Source: a virus (Duplodnaviria > Caudoviricetes). Taken from it: a stretch of 64,000 nt of DNA. Where the stretch lies: IMG/VR virus record IMGVR_UViG_2615840601_000001; one strand, 5' to 3'. How positions within the stretch are numbered: the stretch's first letter is position 1; each line of letters begins with the position of its first letter. Positions 9,833-19,191 of this stretch are shown here, in pieces. The translations under genes and the position numbers were made by a program. A model generated the notes under the pieces. The model searched no databases and was not told the DNA's origin. It saw only the letters and a list, made by a program, of their open reading frames with translations.

Positions 9833-10397
9833 AATCTCCTTATTTGAAATCATCAATTATCTTGCATGGGTTGCCTTGGTCATCCTTGTGTTTGTTCTCT
9901 ATTTTGCTTGCTTCATGATGATCATGAGCAGAGCAGAGGCTGGCGAGGCCCCCAAAATCTATCCCGGTCCATATATCGCTTACGTGACCGAAGTTGGCGT
10001 TTATGATGGCGACACAATCAACGCAGAGATCCACACCGCGCCGGGACAAATCCTCATGACCGGCCTGCGGGTGGCCGGAGTTGATACCCCCGAGATCAGG
10101 CGATCAGGTTGCCGAACGGACGCCATGAAAGCCGATGAGTTGGCGCTTGGACAGATCGCCAAAGCCTTTGTCGAAAAACGCTATCCGGTGGGAATGCAGT
10201 TTCGCGTTCGGGATCTTCAATTTGATAAATATGGTGGCCGCCATGTTGGCATTGTCGAACGCGAAACCGCGACTGGTTGGCAACGGCTCGATGATGAGTT
10301 GTTGCGCGTTCGCCCGAGAATAGCCGATCCGTATGGGATCAATAAGCCGGGTAAAGACAGCCTCAGAAAATCCAAGAGCTGGTGTGAGGGGCAATAA
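9819..10397 (+). CDS. Thermonuclease (staphylococcal nuclease family) with N-terminal membrane/signal segment
   Basis: VYDGDT, LRVAGVDTPE, DKYGGR motifs. Confidence 0.85.
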   Translation: MTKAKISLFEIINYLAWVALVILVFVLYFACFMMIMSRAEAGEAPKIYPGPYIAYVTEVGVYDGDTINAEIHTAPGQILMTGLRVAGVDTPEIRRSGCRTDAMKADELALGQIAKAFVEKRYPVGMQFRVRDLQFDKYGGRHVGIVERETATGWQRLDDELLRVRPRIADPYGINKPGKDSLRKSKSWCEGQ

Positions 10398-10723
10398 TGA
10401 CACTCCAAGAATTGTCATGGTCAATTGGGTCAGCCAGCGGCGCACTCAGCATCTTTCTTGTTGCCTTCGCCATCTGGCGGCAACCGAGCAAAGACAACTC
10501 CGACAAACTGCATGAACAAGAGCAGGAAATACAGGGCTTGGAGCGGCGCGTTGGACGGGTTGAAACGCAGCTTGAACATGTGCCTTCCAAGGATGATTTC
10601 ACGGCGTTGCAGCTTTCTCTTTCCGAACTGCGCGGCACGGTTTCCATGACTGAGGAAATTGTCAAAACGGTTCGCCGCACCACCCAAAATATCGACGATT
10701 GGCTTCGGGCCAAAGGGAGCTGA
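10397..10723 (+). CDS. DUF2730-like membrane coiled-coil protein
   Basis: TM segment then RVGRVETQLEHVPSKDDF; usual position before terminase genes. Confidence 0.7.
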   Translation: MTLQELSWSIGSASGALSIFLVAFAIWRQPSKDNSDKLHEQEQEIQGLERRVGRVETQLEHVPSKDDFTALQLSLSELRGTVSMTEEIVKTVRRTTQNIDDWLRAKGS

Positions 10724-10726
10724 ATA

Positions 10727-11029
10727 ATGTCATCCTATGCTGATTTTTCCGACTCCGTCTCTCGGTTGGTCATCCTCAAGGAGTTGGCCAATCAGGTCGA
10801 CAATCGCGCCAATACGACCATTCTCGAAATGGTTCTTGAGCAATTCGGGCAGCCTTCTACAGCCGCCTATGTTCGGAACCAATTGCGCTATCTTGAGCAG
10901 ACCGCACGAGCCGTCAAACTTGAAGACGTCGGGTCTGTGCTGGTGGCCGAACTGACGCAGACGGGACAAGACCATGTTGACCGCAAGATCGCATTGGAGG
11001 GTGTGAGACGTCCACGCCTGGGGGAATAA
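10727..11029 (+). CDS. Mu gp26-like winged-helix protein
   Basis: RLVILKEL...VRNQLRYLE...LTQTGQDHV...EGVRRP. Confidence 0.7.
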   Translation: MSSYADFSDSVSRLVILKELANQVDNRANTTILEMVLEQFGQPSTAAYVRNQLRYLEQTARAVKLEDVGSVLVAELTQTGQDHVDRKIALEGVRRPRLGE

Positions 11030-11032
11030 CCC

Positions 11033-11623
11033 ATGGCTAGAAAAGGACGCGGGCGGCTCTCGTCGATTGATCTTTGGCCCGATGAGGCCGACTACCTGAT
11101 TGAATGGGCCATCGAGGAGCTTGGAAAACATGACCGCACTCAGGTCGATATTCTTGCGGATCTCAATCAGAAAATCGACGAGCTAAACAGGTCCGGCGTA
11201 TTGGATGAACCGCTTGAACCGGTGACCTCCAGTACCTTCAATCGCTACACTTTGAGATTGGCCCGCGAGCAGCGCCGGAAGCGCGAGAACCAGTTGATTA
11301 TGAGTTCGTTGCACAAGGAACTCAATCCGCAAGATGCGGCCAAGCAAGATCAAGTCCTTATCGAGTTTCTCAAAACGCTCACATTCGAAATTCTGACCAG
11401 CTCGGGTGAAGGCAAGCTAACGCCCAAAAACGCGTTGGAGCTGTCCAACGCCCTCAAGTCTGTCATGCAGGCGGAGAATGTTTCGAACCGTCTGCGCAAG
11501 GAGATGCAAAAGGACTTCGACGCCAAGACTGAAGAAATCATCGACAAAGCTTCCAAGTCGGCAGGGCTGTCTTCAGGTCAGGTCGCACAATTGCGCCGTG
11601 ACTTCCTCGGCCTGAGAAAGTGA
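11033..11623 (+). CDS. Mu gp27-like (DUF3486) terminase small subunit
   Basis: GRGRLSSIDL, SSTFNRY; precedes large terminase. Confidence 0.8.
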   Translation: MARKGRGRLSSIDLWPDEADYLIEWAIEELGKHDRTQVDILADLNQKIDELNRSGVLDEPLEPVTSSTFNRYTLRLAREQRRKRENQLIMSSLHKELNPQDAAKQDQVLIEFLKTLTFEILTSSGEGKLTPKNALELSNALKSVMQAENVSNRLRKEMQKDFDAKTEEIIDKASKSAGLSSGQVAQLRRDFLGLRK

Positions 11624-11627
11624 GCCA

Positions 11628-13322
11628 ATGCTGACCGAACAGCAAGATCCTGATCGCGTTGCCGGTAATCCCGTCCTTGCCCGCGATGACAAGAACCTCT
11701 CTGACGACTTGCCGCGTGGCGCTGAAATTCCAAATGATCTGGATCCTTTTGCCGACGGGATTTTGATGGAGCATCAAAAGACTTGGCTTGAAGATGACAA
11801 CGATCTCAAGATTTGCGAGAAGGGCCGACGCACGGGGATCACTTTTGCAGAAGCGCTCGACGATACGCTGATCGCAGCAGCCGACGTTGCCGCTGGCGGG
11901 CAAAATGTTTTTTATATAGGCGATACCAAAGACAAGGGCCGCGAGTTTATCGGCTATGTCGCCCATTTTGCGCGGACCGTGCAAAAGGAAATGGTCGATA
12001 TCGAAGACGGTGTGTTTTTCGACATCGATGAGAATGGCAACAGCCGCGCCATTGCCACTTATGTCATTCGCTTCAAATCCGGTTTTCGTGCCGAGGCTCT
12101 ATCCTCCCGCCCCGCCAACATTCGCGGCCTTCAGGGTGTTGTCGTTATTGACGAAGCAGCGTTCCACAACGATGTGCGTGAGGTCATTGATGCGGTCAAC
12201 GCCCTGTTGATCTGGGGCGGCAAGATCCGAATAATCTCGACCCATAACGGGGTTCTGAATGCCTTTAATGAACTGATCCAAGAGGCCAAGGCAGAGCGCT
12301 CCAAGGGAAAGACCAACACCTGGTCAATTCACAAATATGCTTTTGCCGATGCCATCCGAAACGGGCTGTATAAACGTGTCTGTATGATCAAGGGCAAAGT
12401 CTGGAGCCAAGAGGCCGAGGACGAATGGGAAGCCAAGATCCGGGGCGCTTATGGGTCACGCAAAGCGTCCATGCGTCAGGAGCTGGATGCGATTGCCGCC
12501 GAGAGCGAAGGGCAGGCTCTGAGCCGCGTGCAAATCGAGCATTGTATGGTCAAGGGCATCCCGGTTGTTCGTTGGGAGCAGCCGGACAATTTCCGGGATA
12601 AGCCCGACGCCTATCGCAAGGCCACGGTCGATGCGTTTTGCGAAACCCAACTCCTGCCACATCTGCAAAAGCTCGACCCATATTTGCGGCATGTGTTGGG
12701 GCAGGATTTTGCGCGCAAGGGCGATGCCTCTTGCATCGATATCAAATCAATCAATCGCGACCTGACCCGGCAAAGCCGCCTTGGTGTCGAGTTGCGCAAT
12801 ATCCCGTTCGAAGAACAGCGCGACATTGTTTACTTCATCGTTGACCGCTTGCCTCGCTTTTCTGGCGGTGCGTGGGATGCGACCGGCAACGGTGCTTATC
12901 TCGCAGAGAAGGCCGCTCAAAAATATGGATCAAATGCCGTTGAGGTTCATTTCTCTCAAAGCTGGTACAAGGAAAACACACCTGCCTATATCGAGTCCTT
13001 TGGATCGGTTCGATCGAACCTGCTTCCGGCCGACGAGGATATCGTCAAGGACCATCAGGCGCTTGCCTATGTTGACGGCATCATCAAGGTGCCACAGGAC
13101 TTTCGCTTTAAGGGAACCGACGGGCACATGCGGCACGGTGACTATGCGCTGGCATCGATGCTGGCCTATTGGGTGAGCTTTCAGGACATTGCGGAATATA
13201 GCTATCAGTCGGTCTCGTCATTGAGCGCTGAAGGGAAATTGCATTCTGACGACGACGACAGCCCGAGGGGCACAATCTTCGGGCGGTCGTCTGTCTTTGG
13301 CAAAATGAGAGGGCTTTGGTAA
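11628..13322 (+). CDS. Mu gp28-like terminase large subunit
   Basis: EKGRRTGIT, VVIDEAAF, ISTHNG, GQDFAR, DATGNG, HGD. Confidence 0.93.
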   Translation: MLTEQQDPDRVAGNPVLARDDKNLSDDLPRGAEIPNDLDPFADGILMEHQKTWLEDDNDLKICEKGRRTGITFAEALDDTLIAAADVAAGGQNVFYIGDTKDKGREFIGYVAHFARTVQKEMVDIEDGVFFDIDENGNSRAIATYVIRFKSGFRAEALSSRPANIRGLQGVVVIDEAAFHNDVREVIDAVNALLIWGGKIRIISTHNGVLNAFNELIQEAKAERSKGKTNTWSIHKYAFADAIRNGLYKRVCMIKGKVWSQEAEDEWEAKIRGAYGSRKASMRQELDAIAAESEGQALSRVQIEHCMVKGIPVVRWEQPDNFRDKPDAYRKATVDAFCETQLLPHLQKLDPYLRHVLGQDFARKGDASCIDIKSINRDLTRQSRLGVELRNIPFEEQRDIVYFIVDRLPRFSGGAWDATGNGAYLAEKAAQKYGSNAVEVHFSQSWYKENTPAYIESFGSVRSNLLPADEDIVKDHQALAYVDGIIKVPQDFRFKGTDGHMRHGDYALASMLAYWVSFQDIAEYSYQSVSSLSAEGKLHSDDDDSPRGTIFGRSSVFGKMRGLW

Positions 13323-14854
13323 TGGCGGAACAACAGGCGGTTATTTACGACCTCTATGGCAAGCCGATGCGCGTGGAGAAAAAGGCGCTGGCGAGCGACA
13401 CGGTGCCGGTGCGCAATTTCACGTCAAAGTTCACAGAGAGCTTTTCGAGTGAGATTACGCCGCAAAGGCTCAAGCGCATTTTGGCCTCTGCCGCCAACGG
13501 ACAGCCCGACGAGTTCCTCAAAATGGCGGAACTCATGGAAGAAGAGGACGCCCATTATGCGGCCGTTCTGGGAAGTCGCAAACGGGCTGTCAGCTCAATA
13601 GAGCCCGTCATTGAACATGGCGGGGAAGGTCCAAAGGCGTCTGAGATTGGCGCCGCGGTGGAGCAGCTCATCGAGCAACCCCAGTTCTATGACATGTTGG
13701 ACGATGCACTCGACGCCTTGGGCAAGGGCTATGCTGTCATTGAACAGACTTGGAGCATCAATGGAAAGTATCTGATGCCGAGCGTGTTCACATGGCTTGA
13801 TCCACGCTTGTTCATGTTTGCCAAAGAGCAGCGCAAGACCTTGCGGCTGAAGGTTGACGGCGACGTGGACGGCGAAGAATTGATGGCCGGAAAATTCATT
13901 GTCCATATGCCACGGCTAAAATCAGGATTGCAGATCCGCACCGGGCTCGCTCGCGTTGCCGCTTGGGCCTATATGCTGAAGTCGTTCACCTTGCGCGGTT
14001 GGGCTGGTTACAATGAAGTGTTCGGCATGCCGTTACGGATTGGCAAGTACGACAAGGCGTCCAGCTATGAGGACCGGGCTACATTGTTGCGGGCGGTTGT
14101 TGGGATCGCCAATGACGCGGCGGGCATCATCGACAAGAATATGGATATCGAATTCATTTCCAACCCGTCGCGAGGTGGCGACTCTGTCTTTGAAAAATTT
14201 GCTGAGTATCTCGACAAGCAAATCTCGAAGGGCGTCCTTGGCCAAACCATGACGACCGATGATGGATCAAGCCTTGCGCAAGCCCAAGTGCACAATGAGG
14301 TGCGGATCGATATCCAGCAGTCCGACGCCCGGCAGCTTGCCGCTACGATCAACCGCGATGTGATCCGTCCCTTTGTCGATATCAACTTTGGTCAGCAAGA
14401 CCGTTATCCGAAATTCACGCTTCCGATCAGCGTGCCCGAAGACCTCAAGCTTATGTCTGAGACGCTTGAGAATTTGGTGCCGCTTGGCCTTGAGGTTAGC
14501 ATGGCAGAGGTCCGCGAACGGATCAGCTTTTCTGATCCCGACAAAAACGCCGTGCTTTTGAAGTCGCCGGGAAGCACCACGAAAGCGGAAAAGCTCAATC
14601 GCCAAGTGGCGCTGGCAAGGAAAAAACCTTCGATCGAGTTTGACGATATTGGCCTTGAGGAGCTTGATGCATGGGAAGAGCAGCTCGGCCCTATGATTGA
14701 GCCGATCCAATTGCTTGCAAAGAGCGCGGGGTCGAAAGAGGAATTTATCGCCGGGTTGGCCGAACTGGTGAGCACCATGGATGACGAAGCAATGTCTCAG
14801 GCGATTGTTGATGCGGGCCAGAAGGCGCACGCCTTTGGGGATGACAAAGGTTAG
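13322..14854 (+). CDS. Mu gp29-like portal protein (DUF935)
   Basis: EVFGMPLRIGKY, ISKGVLGQTMTT, AQVHNEVR. Confidence 0.93.
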   Translation: MAEQQAVIYDLYGKPMRVEKKALASDTVPVRNFTSKFTESFSSEITPQRLKRILASAANGQPDEFLKMAELMEEEDAHYAAVLGSRKRAVSSIEPVIEHGGEGPKASEIGAAVEQLIEQPQFYDMLDDALDALGKGYAVIEQTWSINGKYLMPSVFTWLDPRLFMFAKEQRKTLRLKVDGDVDGEELMAGKFIVHMPRLKSGLQIRTGLARVAAWAYMLKSFTLRGWAGYNEVFGMPLRIGKYDKASSYEDRATLLRAVVGIANDAAGIIDKNMDIEFISNPSRGGDSVFEKFAEYLDKQISKGVLGQTMTTDDGSSLAQAQVHNEVRIDIQQSDARQLAATINRDVIRPFVDINFGQQDRYPKFTLPISVPEDLKLMSETLENLVPLGLEVSMAEVRERISFSDPDKNAVLLKSPGSTTKAEKLNRQVALARKKPSIEFDDIGLEELDAWEEQLGPMIEPIQLLAKSAGSKEEFIAGLAELVSTMDDEAMSQAIVDAGQKAHAFGDDKG

Positions 14855-14857
14855 GCT

Positions 14858-16042
14858 GTGGCAGATTTCAGGATCCGCAATGCACCTTCCAAGGAGGTGA
14901 CCCGCTATCTAAGCGGCAAGGGCATCAAGCCCTCGTTTCATTGGCGAGATGTCAGTCCACGCGAGCATGCTTTCGCTTTCACCATCGCCAAGATGACCAA
15001 GTTGGATTTGTTGATCGACACACATGCGTCGCTCAACAAGGCTCTGACAGACGGCACGCCGTTCAAGGCATGGGCAAAAGAGATTGCACCGCACCTTGCC
15101 AAAGAGGGGTGGTGGGGCAAAAAGGAGATGATCGATCCAAAGACTGGTGAGACCATCATTGCGCAGTTGGGCAGCCCCCGAAGGCTTAAGACCATCTACT
15201 GGGCGAACACGCGCAGCGCACGCGCGGCGGGGCTTTGGGAACGTGCTCAACGCACCAAGAAAGCGTTGCCCTATTTTGCCTATCGGTTGGGGCCGTCTGA
15301 ACGCCACCGCCCCCACCATGCGTCGAAGGCCGGTGTGATCCTGCCAGTCGATGACCCGTTCTGGGATGCTTGGTTCCCACCGAACGGCTGGATGTGCAAA
15401 TGCTGGATAGAGCAGATTACGCGTTACCGGGCTAACAAGCTTGGCGGCGAGAGTGAGCGACCGGAAATCGAGATGGTTGAGGAAACCAACCCGCGAACCG
15501 GTGAGACAGTCAGCATCCCGAAAGGTGTGTCATTCGGTTGGCATGGCAACCCCGGCAAGAACCGCGCTCAAACACTGGTCGATAATCTTAATCTGAAACT
15601 GGAGAATGCCGGGGCAATCACTCCGGCCTTGCCCAAAGCCATTATCAAGGAATTTTGGCAATCAAGAGCGCCCGAGGCCTATAGCCAAATGTCAGAGCGC
15701 GTTCACTTGCCGGTGGCCTATGTGCCCAAATGGCAAGGCAAGCTTGATGGCAAGACACCTCTTGTTGTTGTTTCGTCCGATACCGTCTCAGTCAAGGTGG
15801 GCAAACACATGGCTGTTGAGGCAAGTGCGTTTGTCAACGTTCAGGACGTGTTGGAATTTGGTGAGGCCTATCAGAGAAAGGGACGACGAGACACGACGGT
15901 GTTTCATCGTGTTGATGGTGTATGGTGGGCAGTCGCTTTGCAGCGGTCCAAAGACGGATATTTCTATATCGCGACATTCTTCAGAACCAGCTCGGGCTAT
16001 GTGCAGCGGTTTCGAGATAACCATGTGTTGATTGATTTTTAG
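14858..16042 (+). CDS. MuF head morphogenesis protein with C-terminal PBECR-like nuclease extension
   Basis: AFTIAK, RLKTIYWAN, DDPFWDAWFPPNGWMCKC; extra ~150-aa C-terminal domain (VVSSDT..K..KH...FYIATFFR). Confidence 0.85.
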   Translation: MADFRIRNAPSKEVTRYLSGKGIKPSFHWRDVSPREHAFAFTIAKMTKLDLLIDTHASLNKALTDGTPFKAWAKEIAPHLAKEGWWGKKEMIDPKTGETIIAQLGSPRRLKTIYWANTRSARAAGLWERAQRTKKALPYFAYRLGPSERHRPHHASKAGVILPVDDPFWDAWFPPNGWMCKCWIEQITRYRANKLGGESERPEIEMVEETNPRTGETVSIPKGVSFGWHGNPGKNRAQTLVDNLNLKLENAGAITPALPKAIIKEFWQSRAPEAYSQMSERVHLPVAYVPKWQGKLDGKTPLVVVSSDTVSVKVGKHMAVEASAFVNVQDVLEFGEAYQRKGRRDTTVFHRVDGVWWAVALQRSKDGYFYIATFFRTSSGYVQRFRDNHVLIDF

Positions 16043-16060
16043 GGCGATAGAGCTTATGAT
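16032..16060 (+). promoter_or_regulatory. Sigma70-like promoter for a small RNA
   Basis: TTGATT (16032-37), 17 nt spacer, TATGAT (16055-60). Confidence 0.55.
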
Positions 16061-16061
16061 T

Positions 16062-16137
16062 AGGGAACCGGTCGTACAGTGGCTCGTTGCCCTCGAATGG
16101 CAAGGCGGTCTGCCAACCGCATGCGACCGGGTTTCCT
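16062..16137 (+). ncRNA. Putative structured small RNA downstream of MuF
   Basis: 15-bp closing stem (16062-76/16122-37, one bulge, two GU) enclosing hairpins TTGCC/GGCAA and GCGGT/ACCGC. Confidence 0.55.
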
Positions 16138-16304
16138 TTAAAATGAGTTTCGCCCAGATTAGCCCCCTGAGCGCCGACGCCCCTAAAATGGTATCGTCGG
16201 CCCGGTTGGACTTGGAATAGCTTTCGAAGGCCTTCAAAAGCCCTTCAAATTCGATTTCAACGGCATTCCTCCCCCTCCATTTGCAAATCGCGTCGGTTTG
16301 AGCC

Positions 16305-16324
16305 TGTAACATCTGTTACCGGCT
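16305..16324 (+). promoter_or_regulatory. Late-promoter activator site 2 (head operon)
   Basis: TGTAACATCTGTTACCGGCT followed by TTTTTG as at 8515. Confidence 0.75.
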
Positions 16325-16355
16325 TTTTTGAGCTTTGGGCTGTCAGCATTCAGGC

Positions 16356-17366
16356 ATGAACCAGACAGCTCACATATTCCGCACGCATTGTGCCCTTCAG
16401 CTCGGTGCCGACGCACAAGTTCCCGAGTGGGTCGAAGTGATCCCGGCCGGGACCATCACTGGCCGCGATGATCGTGTCTTTATCAATGATCGGCCTGAGC
16501 TGATTGTTGCCCAATTTGCAGCCGACGGCATCGACCTTATTTTTGATTACGAGCATTTGAGCGAGGTTGATCTTGAAGCCAAGAAACCTGTTCCGGCTGC
16601 TGGCTGGATCTCCGCTCTTGAAGAACGCAAGGGTGCCGTCTGGGCTCGGGTCGATTGGACGGCCAAAGCGCGTGAGATGATCGCGGCTCGTGAGTATCGA
16701 TATTTTTCTCCGGCCTTGCTGCTCGACCAAGATGCCGTGCCCGGTGTTCAAGTTCATGTCGTTGGCCTCAGCTCTGCCGGACTGGTTCACAGTCCCTTCC
16801 TTCGTTCTGCTGCGCTTAACAGCAAACAACCCACCACTCCAAAACCCGAAAACAGCGAGGTTGCCATGAAAGGTGACAAACGCGTCGCGCTTTGCCAAAA
16901 GCTCAAGCTTGCGGATGAAGCCTCCGACGACGCCGTGATCAGTGCCATTGCGGTGCTGCAAGCGGAAGCCGAGAAGGCTGCGCAGTTCGATCAATCGAAC
17001 TTCGTTCCGAAGGCTGACTATGAGCAGGTCAAGTCTAAGCTCGATACTCTGCAAGCTGGTGAGGCGGACAAGCTCAAACTTGAAGCCGAAGCCGCAGTCG
17101 ATGAAGCGATCAAGGATCAAAAGGTCGCTCCCGCATCCAAGGATTACCACCTTGAAGCATGCGCCACCCGCAAAGGGCTTGACCAGTTCAAAGCCTTGAT
17201 GGGCACCACCGGCAAGCTTGCCATTACCCAGCAGACTGATCTCGACAAGAAGACGCCCCAAGCGGGCAAGGTCGAAACTCTGTCTGTCAATCAGAAGCAG
17301 ATCGCCAAACAGATGGGGCTTTCCGATAAAGCCTATCTCGATCGCCTCAATGATAAGGAGGCTTGA
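16356..17366 (+). CDS. Mu gpI-like prohead protease with in-frame scaffold (internal GAGG-ATG at 16866)
   Basis: FDYEH, PAAGWI, VDWT..A..MI..REYRYFSP. Confidence 0.9.
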   Translation: MNQTAHIFRTHCALQLGADAQVPEWVEVIPAGTITGRDDRVFINDRPELIVAQFAADGIDLIFDYEHLSEVDLEAKKPVPAAGWISALEERKGAVWARVDWTAKAREMIAAREYRYFSPALLLDQDAVPGVQVHVVGLSSAGLVHSPFLRSAALNSKQPTTPKPENSEVAMKGDKRVALCQKLKLADEASDDAVISAIAVLQAEAEKAAQFDQSNFVPKADYEQVKSKLDTLQAGEADKLKLEAEAAVDEAIKDQKVAPASKDYHLEACATRKGLDQFKALMGTTGKLAITQQTDLDKKTPQAGKVETLSVNQKQIAKQMGLSDKAYLDRLNDKEA

Positions 17367-17368
17367 TC

Positions 17369-17773
17369 ATGTCTGAGGCCAAAAAGGTTTCCCGGCGCAA
17401 GGGCGATGATTACGCCCACCCGGTTAAAGCGGCGGTCAGCATTGGTGGTGGTCGTTTGGTTGTCATCGACGGCACCGGCTTTGCGCAGGAAGGTCACGAA
17501 GCGGCTGGCCTGACCGTTGCCGGGTTGGCGCACTCAAGTGTCGACAATTCGAAAGGTGCCGATGGTGCCAAGACCGTCTCCACCATGCGCGGCAAGGAGC
17601 TTTATCGCTTCGAGAATGACGTCGCCGATCCGGTCACGCGTGCCCACCTTAACGCGTCTTGCTACATCGTCGATAGCGAGACGGTTTCATCTTCATCCAA
17701 CACAAGCGCTCGATCCGAGGCGGGAATTGTCCGCGATCTGGACGATACCGGCGTCTGGGTTGAATTCAACTAG
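17369..17773 (+). CDS. Head decoration / capsid-associated protein
   Basis: DNSKGADG, CYIVDSETV, GVWV; lies between protease and capsid. Confidence 0.7.
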   Translation: MSEAKKVSRRKGDDYAHPVKAAVSIGGGRLVVIDGTGFAQEGHEAAGLTVAGLAHSSVDNSKGADGAKTVSTMRGKELYRFENDVADPVTRAHLNASCYIVDSETVSSSSNTSARSEAGIVRDLDDTGVWVEFN

Positions 17774-17784
17774 GAACCTGAAAC

Positions 17785-18684
17785 ATGGAAATTACTGGTG
17801 TAAACCTGAGCGACCTCGGGACGGGCTTCAGTGCTGCCTACGAAGGCGGTTTCAGCGGCGTTAAGACGAGTTATGACAAAGTCGCCGATGTCGTGCCCTC
17901 GACTGGGTCCGAGAATACCTATGCTTGGCTCAAGGACTGGCCCGCTCTTCGTGAATGGATCGGTGATCGCAAGATCAAGCAGCTTGAAGGCGAGAGTTAC
18001 CGTCTGGGCAACAAGAAATTCGAAAGCACTGTTGCGATCAATGCCGATGATATCAACGATGACAAATACGGCATTTATACTCCGCGCTTCAAAGCGATGG
18101 GTATTGCGGCCGCGCAGTGGAAAGACCGCCTTGTCTGGCCACTAATGCCTTTGGGTTTTGAAGCCGTTTGTTTTGATGGTCAAAAATTCTTTGATGCTGA
18201 CCATCCGGTGGGCAGTAAAGAAAATGGCAACTTCACCACCGTTTCAAATATGCAGGCAGGTACGGGCAATCCTTGGTTCCTGCTTGATACCAATCAGGCT
18301 TTGAAGCCTTTCATTCTTCAGATGCGCCAAGAGCCTGAATTCAACTCTCTGACCGATGGCGATACGTCTGAGCGTGTCTTTATGCGCGATGAGTATCTCT
18401 ATGGCGTCAAAGCCCGCGCCAATGGCGGGTTTGCGTTCTGGCAGACAGCTTTCGGCTCCAAGGCTGAATTGAATGCGGCGAATTATGAGGCTGCTCGCCT
18501 TGCTATGCTGTCCCTTGAAAATGATGAAGGCGATAAGCTGGGGGTTTTGCCAAATCTCTTGGTCGTTGGTCCATCCAATGAAGCGAAGGCGCGTGCGCTG
18601 ATCGCCAAAGAGCGCCTTGCGAATGGCGAAGATAACGTTTGGTACAAATCCATTGAGATCCTCGTCTCACCTTGGCTGAAATAG
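17785..18684 (+). CDS. Mu gpT-like major capsid protein
   Basis: YAWL...LREWIGDR, CFDGQKFFDADHPV, PWFLLD, LLVVGPS. Confidence 0.93.
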   Translation: MEITGVNLSDLGTGFSAAYEGGFSGVKTSYDKVADVVPSTGSENTYAWLKDWPALREWIGDRKIKQLEGESYRLGNKKFESTVAINADDINDDKYGIYTPRFKAMGIAAAQWKDRLVWPLMPLGFEAVCFDGQKFFDADHPVGSKENGNFTTVSNMQAGTGNPWFLLDTNQALKPFILQMRQEPEFNSLTDGDTSERVFMRDEYLYGVKARANGGFAFWQTAFGSKAELNAANYEAARLAMLSLENDEGDKLGVLPNLLVVGPSNEAKARALIAKERLANGEDNVWYKSIEILVSPWLK

Positions 18685-18696
18685 GAGATCAAACAG

Positions 18697-19101
18697 ATGC
18701 CAATCAAACAGATCTCCATTGTCACCTCCCGCACGCATTGGCGTGCGGGGATGCACTTTGTTCAGGGCAAGCCCAAGCTGCTTGATCTGGACAAGCTTTC
18801 CAAAGAGCAAATCAATCAGTTGAACGATGACCAAGAGCTGCTGGTTAAAGAGTTGGACGGGGTCGCCGAGCTGTCCAATGAACCATTGGCCCGACCGGAA
18901 AGTGTGGCCGAAGTGATCGCAGCCATTCAGGTGGCCGCGCTCAACATGCCATCGGCTGACTTTACCAAGGCGGGCAAGCCTCGCGTTGATGAGCTTGAAA
19001 AGGCGCTCGGCTGGAAAGCTTCATCGGATGAGATCGAGGCGGCGCTTGATCAAATGACCGACGAGCAGAAGGCGCAACTGGCGGCTCTCATTCAAGGCTG
19101 A
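18697..19101 (+). CDS. Mu gp35-like protein
   Basis: WRAGMHF, DFTKAGKPRVDELEKALG; follows capsid. Confidence 0.65.
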   Translation: MPIKQISIVTSRTHWRAGMHFVQGKPKLLDLDKLSKEQINQLNDDQELLVKELDGVAELSNEPLARPESVAEVIAAIQVAALNMPSADFTKAGKPRVDELEKALGWKASSDEIEAALDQMTDEQKAQLAALIQG

Positions 19102-19137
19102 TCAGTTCGCTATGGGTGCACTTCTCGTGCGCTTAAA

Positions 19138-19179
19138 TGGGAGGGTCGTTGCTGGTTTGGCCCTCCCACTTTTCCTTTT
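19138..19179 (+). terminator. Intrinsic terminator after head genes
   Basis: TGGGAGGG/CCCTCCCA stem followed by CTTTTCCTTTT. Confidence 0.6.
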
Positions 19180-19191
19180 CAAAGGTGCTCC

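Noticed and set aside
16062-16137. tRNA or known self-cleaving ribozyme
   Set aside because: Only two inner arms, no TTC-GA T-loop arrangement or CCA end, and no hammerhead core CTGATGA/GAAA
16032-16220. 62-aa ORF after MuF as an immunity protein
   Set aside because: TTG start with no RBS; it coincides with a promoter-like element and a strongly paired RNA structure. Not fully excluded
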